Origin: Coxiellaceae bacterium
GTDB taxonomy: Bacteria > Pseudomonadota > Gammaproteobacteria > JAJRRL01
Length of the DNA: 64,000 nucleotides
Assembly: GCA_044359385.1 (NCBI GenBank)
Contig: JBIKMG010000002.1
Span: 3,179-67,178, forward strand
Reading direction: 5' to 3'
The notes below the pieces were generated by a model. The model saw only the letters and a list, made by a program, of their open reading frames with translations. It was not told the DNA's origin and ran no database searches. Each line of letters starts with the position of its first letter. Position 1 is the first letter of the stretch. Both the position numbers and the translations under genes were made by a program. This document shows, one piece after another, positions 63,716-64,000 of this stretch.

Positions 63716-64000
63716 TTTCTGATGTGACGCCTGCTAAAGCGGGCGTTTCGACTGTATGCTGTTTTCATTGTTGCGAGCGTCTTTTTTGTAATGTCTCTTG
63801 TTAAGCGAAATCAATGAACGTTTCAGGAGCCTTAAGTGATTGCAGGAAGTGATCGCAGATTTTTCGTTTGCTCAATGGGTCGAGTTATAAAAAGAGTGCT
63901 TCATAAAGAGATTGTATTTTAGAGTGACTCTCTTTCTATGTGTTGTGGCTTGGTGTATGTCTGCAACGTTCTCGCTTCGCGCTTTTAGAGCTCTTTTGTA

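Noticed and set aside
63716-63800. Terminator after rpoC
   Set aside because: A short GACGCC..GGCGT hairpin exists, but it is followed by only two T residues. It is too weak to annotate with confidence.

Overview
This 64 kb window is a chromosomal segment that looks like a gammaproteobacterium, possibly in the Legionellales/Coxiellaceae. That placement is inference only, based on gene content (ankyrin-repeat and SET-like proteins, a divergent csrA paralog, the tkt-gap-pgk-pyk-fba array) and moderate AT richness. Most of the window is conserved core genome.

Core loci:
- Positions 7.6-17.6 kb carry a long co-directional minus-strand array: tkt-gap-pgk-pyk, then aroG and a pheA-like gene, then two small envelope proteins, then class II fba.
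- 17.8-26.3 kb: a DEAD-box helicase, purine nucleoside phosphorylase, a DUF47 protein, hpf, and the rsmI / lpoA-yraN-diaA-dolP cluster plus an M50 protease.
- 26.3-28.4 kb: sspBA and rplM-rpsI.
- 30.4-35.8 kb: wrbA, a YihY-family protein, ybgC-tolQ-tolR, and a convergent ruvCAB.
- 41.7-48.4 kb: ampG, tamAB, tRNA-Thr and gltX.
- 49.9-63.7 kb: the classic tRNA(Tyr-Gly-Thr)-tuf-tRNA(Trp)-secE-nusG-rplKAJL-rpoBC block.

Accessory or poorly characterised pockets:
- Left edge: a truncated radical SAM/SPASM gene, a SET-domain-like gene, a divergent csrA paralog and a large outer-membrane protein.
- 6.3-7.6 kb: a translationally coupled operon of three uncharacterised helical proteins directly downstream of fba.
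- 28.4-30.4 kb: an HU-fold protein with a lysine-rich histone-H1-like N-terminal tail, plus two hypothetical genes.
- 35.9-40.1 kb: an ABC-2 exporter divergent from an OlsF-like bifunctional acyltransferase, plus a secreted protein.
- 48.5-49.8 kb: an ankyrin-repeat protein, an entericidin-like lipoprotein and an Sfp-type PPTase.

The most unusual single-gene feature is a roughly 40-aa in-frame insertion in ribosomal protein S9. I saw no CRISPR array, rRNA, transposase or prophage structures. All functional calls rest on motif recognition by eye and on gene order; no database searches were run.
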